DNA of 27,330 nucleotides from Rhodobacterales bacterium (GTDB lineage Bacteria; Pseudomonadota; Alphaproteobacteria; Rhodobacterales; Rhodobacteraceae): NCBI GenBank assembly GCA_031385205.1, contig JANNBG010000259.1, positions 1 to 27,330 of the forward strand, read 5' to 3'. Shown piece by piece: positions 24,296 to 27,330 of this stretch (position 1 is its first letter; each line of letters starts with the position of its first letter). The notes under the pieces were generated by a model. It saw only the letters and a program-made list of their open reading frames with translations, ran no database searches and was not told where the DNA came from. The position numbers and the translations under genes were made by a program.

Positions 24296-25519
24296 GTGTC
24301 ACAGGCTGCACCATCCAGTCCATCGCTTGCCCGCGTTGCCCGCGGCAACCTCTGTGCCGGATGCGGGGCCTGTGCCGGGCTGCTTCCCGCCAAGATTGGC
24401 ATGGTGGTCGCAGACCCCGGTTACCTGCGACCGCAGCAGACCGCACCGCTGTCCGCCTCCGAAGAGGCGACCATTGCCGCGATCTGTCCGGGTCTGGGGC
24501 AGCAGGTCGCAGCACAGGGCCGGGCGGACCATGTGCTTTGGGGGCCCTATCTCAGCATGGTGACGGGTTGGGCAACGCGGCCAGAGCTGCGCTTTGCCGG
24601 GGCCTCGGGCGGGGCGTTATCTGCCATCCTGCAGCATCTGCTTGATGTGGGTCATGTGGATGCCGTTGTGCAGACGGCCGCCGCACCCGATTTTCCGATC
24701 GGCAATATCGCGGTTGTCACGCATGATGCGGCGGGCATTCTTGCCGCCGCCGGGTCACGCTATGCCCCCTCGGCCCCACTCGCCCAGCTTGCGGCCCAGA
24801 TATCCGACGGGCGGCGCTTTGCCTTTGTCGGCAAACCCTGTGATGCAGCGGCATTGCGCGCGCTCTGTGCACAGGATGCGCATATTGCAGCCACCTTTCC
24901 AGTCATCCTGTCATTTTTCTGTGCAGGAGTGCCGTCCCATCGCGGTGGACAGGCGGTCCTCGCGGCACTGGGCACCACGCTGGCAGACACAGACCACTTC
25001 CGCTTTCGGGGCAATGGCTGGCCCGGGCAGGCCACAGCGCAGCTGAAAGACGGCACCGAACGGTCGATGAGCTATCATGAAAGCTGGGGCAATATCCTGT
25101 CAAAGCATGCCCAGAATCGCTGCAAGATCTGTGCCGATGGCACGGGCGTCGCTGCAGATGTCGTCTGCGCCGATGCTTGGGAAAGCGATGATGCGGGGTA
25201 TCCGCTGTTCACCGAAGCCCCCGGTGTCAGCCTGATTGTCGCCCGCACGGCTTTGGGTGCCGATCTGATTGCAGCCGCCCGCGCAGCGGGCAAGATCGAC
25301 ACGCAAGCCTTTGATATTGCGCGGCTTGCCGCCATCCAGCCCGGTCAGCGCGAACGCCGCCGCGCCCTGTTGGCGCGGCTGCTGGCGTTGCGGCTGGCTG
25401 GGCGTCCGGTTCCGCGTTATCTGGGGCTGCACCTGTGGGCTGCGGCACGGCAGAACCCACTGCTGCGCAATCTGAAGAACATCCTTGGCATGCTGCGCCG
25501 CACTTTGCGATCATCCTGA
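24296..25519 (+). CDS. Coenzyme F420 hydrogenase/dehydrogenase beta-subunit (FrhB/FdhB) family Fe-S protein, 407 aa
   Basis: CAGCGAC...ICPG ferredoxin-like cysteines; ASGGALSA, SRYAP, FVGKPC, FFCAG, FRGNGWPG and RCKIC.D...AD....DAW motifs. GTG 24296 sits 6 nt after AAGGAG. Confidence 0.9.
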   Translation: MSQAAPSSPSLARVARGNLCAGCGACAGLLPAKIGMVVADPGYLRPQQTAPLSASEEATIAAICPGLGQQVAAQGRADHVLWGPYLSMVTGWATRPELRFAGASGGALSAILQHLLDVGHVDAVVQTAAAPDFPIGNIAVVTHDAAGILAAAGSRYAPSAPLAQLAAQISDGRRFAFVGKPCDAAALRALCAQDAHIAATFPVILSFFCAGVPSHRGGQAVLAALGTTLADTDHFRFRGNGWPGQATAQLKDGTERSMSYHESWGNILSKHAQNRCKICADGTGVAADVVCADAWESDDAGYPLFTEAPGVSLIVARTALGADLIAAARAAGKIDTQAFDIARLAAIQPGQRERRRALLARLLALRLAGRPVPRYLGLHLWAAARQNPLLRNLKNILGMLRRTLRSS

Positions 25520-25706
25520 CCTTGGCTGCGCGCAAAAATATGGCCATCTGAGGCAGATCGCCTAAAATGCGCAAAATGGTTATTTTAACAGACTCAAAAG
25601 CGGTTTATGTTGGTAGCTTGCCATCATGTTTATGGTCTGGCGACGCGTTCTGATAGTTAATTTTCTGAATAGACCTCACCTTCTTCAATTGCCACGGAGA
25701 CCCATT

Positions 25707-26435
25707 TTGAAGCGCCCAACCACAGATGATCCACACTCTATCCGCGCCAAAATGCGCAGAGCCCGTTTCAGGTGGATTGAACGCATTATTGATAACATCT
25801 TGTTAGAAAAAGAAAAAGCCACGATCCTCGATATCGGAGGCCGCCGTGATTATTGGAAACTGCTGGCTCCCGCATACCATGACCGGGTGCAGATCACGAT
25901 TCTCAACCTCAGTGCAGATGTTGCCTTGGAAAACCAGAATGACGGCCTGACCATCGACATCGCGACGCGCGTGGGTGACGGCACCAACATGCCGGAGATG
26001 GCGGATCAGTCTTATGACCTGGCACATTCCAACAGTGTCATCGAACATGTCGGCCTGTATAAAAGCATGGCCGCGCTGGCCTCCGAGACCCGCAGGGTGG
26101 GCAAGGCTTACTACCTGCAGACGCCCAACTTCTGGTTCCCGCTGGAGCCGCATTATGGCATTCCGTTCTTACACTGGTTGCCCGAACCGACGCGGCTTTT
26201 CCTGCAATCCAGCGTCAACGTCGGCTTTGCGAAAAAGACCGACTGGGAGGGGGCGATGAGCCGTGTTGACCACACCCGCATCGTGTCACGGCGCCTGCTG
26301 CGGCATCTTTTCCCGGACGCTGTTCATGAAAACGAGCGTTTCGCCTTTCTCAACAAGTCGTTGGTGGCTTACAGAGATTATCCCAAAGGCATGCGCTTGG
26401 CGGCGATGTCCCCGCCGGACGCGTCCACCCCGTGA
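25707..26435 (+). CDS. Class I SAM-dependent methyltransferase (TTG start, 242 aa)
   Basis: GGAGA RBS before TTG 25707; ILDIGG, GDG..M...D.SYDLAHSNSVIEHVG and YYLQTPNFWFPLEPHY motifs. Confidence 0.85.
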   Translation: MKRPTTDDPHSIRAKMRRARFRWIERIIDNILLEKEKATILDIGGRRDYWKLLAPAYHDRVQITILNLSADVALENQNDGLTIDIATRVGDGTNMPEMADQSYDLAHSNSVIEHVGLYKSMAALASETRRVGKAYYLQTPNFWFPLEPHYGIPFLHWLPEPTRLFLQSSVNVGFAKKTDWEGAMSRVDHTRIVSRRLLRHLFPDAVHENERFAFLNKSLVAYRDYPKGMRLAAMSPPDASTP

Positions 26436-26453
26436 TGCATCACCCACCGAAAC

Positions 26454-27330
26454 CTAGGACTTCGATCCCGGCACCCGGTTCCACTGTTCCGCCAGCTTGG
26501 CCGGATCACCGCCAAGGCTCAGCCAGATCATGATCCTTGCCCGGTAAAACCTGATGCGGACAAGGCAGGCAAAGGCCAGCACGCGGCTGCGGGCACCCGA
26601 CACCCGGTCCGACAGCAGGATGCGCGGGATCCCGGCCACAGGGGAAATCCCCATCGCCAGCATCTTGACGATCCAGCGCGCCCGCCAGTTGAGCCGCACC
26701 TTGCCTTCGGTATAATCATGGCTGCTTTGACGGCGCCATTTCTGGCGCAAGCCATCAAAATCCGTCCGCGCCGGATGATACACCCGCATCCCTGCCACAT
26801 AGCGGATGCGGTAGCCTTTTGCCGTCGCCCGGTGGCCCCAGTCGCGGTCTTCGGCCACATCGATCCCCGCAAAAGCCCCCACATCCGCCAGCACCGCGCG
26901 CCGCACCACCAGATTGCCAGTGCCGGTAAAGCCTTCACGCGCGATGTAGCGGTCCATGCGGTAGGCGTAGATGCTCTCATAGGCCTCCAGCATGGTCAGG
27001 CGGTTGGGGTTGGCATAGGCAATGCGCACGTCCCCCCCCAGGATCGTGGCGGCCGGGTCTGCCATGGCCGCCTCGGCCTGCGCCAGCCAGGCCGGGGCGG
27101 CGATGCAGTCGGCATCGATGAACGCGAGGATATCACCGGTGGCGGCCGTCACACCCCGGTTGCGTGCAGGCCCCGGGCCGGGGGTCGGCTCCTGCAAAAG
27201 CTGCACGCCGGGATGGGCCGCACAGATCGCCTCGGGCAGCGCCGTGGAGCCATTGTCCACCACGATAATCGCGTCAGCCGCCCGCTTTCCCGCCTTCAGG
27301 GACGCCAGACAGCGGGCCAGCATGTCGGGC
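26454..27330 (-). CDS. GT2 family glycosyltransferase, 5' end beyond the window
   Basis: ...PDMLARCL (frame open to the edge), IIVVDNGS, GPGPARNRG, ILAFIDADC, GFTGTGNL and AEDRDWG motifs. Confidence 0.92.
   Translation of the reverse strand, partial: PDMLARCLASLKAGKRAADAIIVVDNGSTALPEAICAAHPGVQLLQEPTPGPGPARNRGVTAATGDILAFIDADCIAAPAWLAQAEAAMADPAATILGGDVRIAYANPNRLTMLEAYESIYAYRMDRYIAREGFTGTGNLVVRRAVLADVGAFAGIDVAEDRDWGHRATAKGYRIRYVAGMRVYHPARTDFDGLRQKWRRQSSHDYTEGKVRLNWRARWIVKMLAMGISPVAGIPRILLSDRVSGARSRVLAFACLVRIRFYRARIMIWLSLGGDPAKLAEQWNRVPGSKS

Noticed and set aside
24296-25519. True F420-reducing hydrogenase subunit
   Set aside because: No NiFe large/small subunits or maturation genes; the family is broad and recurs in polysaccharide loci.
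27032-27039. G8 tract in the right-hand GT2 as a phase-variation site
   Set aside because: Short, and explained by Leu-Gly-Gly-Asp codons in a genome that uses GGG freely.

Overview
GC-rich alphaproteobacterial DNA, most likely Rhodobacterales because it carries VPLPA-CTERM sorting signals. It has two parts. (1) 1-7.9 kb is a mosaic surface-protein/accessory zone. It holds a VPLPA-CTERM protein translationally coupled to a trypsin-like protease, an orphan gene behind a perfect CtrA-type box, and a frameshifted AAA+/DUF4143 ATPase divergent from an intact Fic-DUF4172 gene. It also holds a 5'-truncated second VPLPA-CTERM gene, a solo serine resolvase and a small membrane protein. (2) 8.1-27.3 kb is part of a Wzx/Wzy-type exopolysaccharide locus that runs off the right edge. 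It encodes a flippase, a Wzy/O-antigen-ligase-like protein, two GT2s and an unusually large set of tailoring enzymes: pyruvyltransferase, CE4 deacetylase, FemAB-like and CelD-like GNATs, DegT aminotransferase, hexapeptide O-acetyltransferase, SAM methyltransferase and an FrhB-family Fe-S protein. The most notable feature is a pair of paralogous beta-helix + PKD + LamG proteins, one with a Sec signal peptide and one with RTX repeats for type I secretion. No rRNA, tRNA, CRISPR array or complete transposon was seen. All calls come from motif recognition by eye; no database searches were run.
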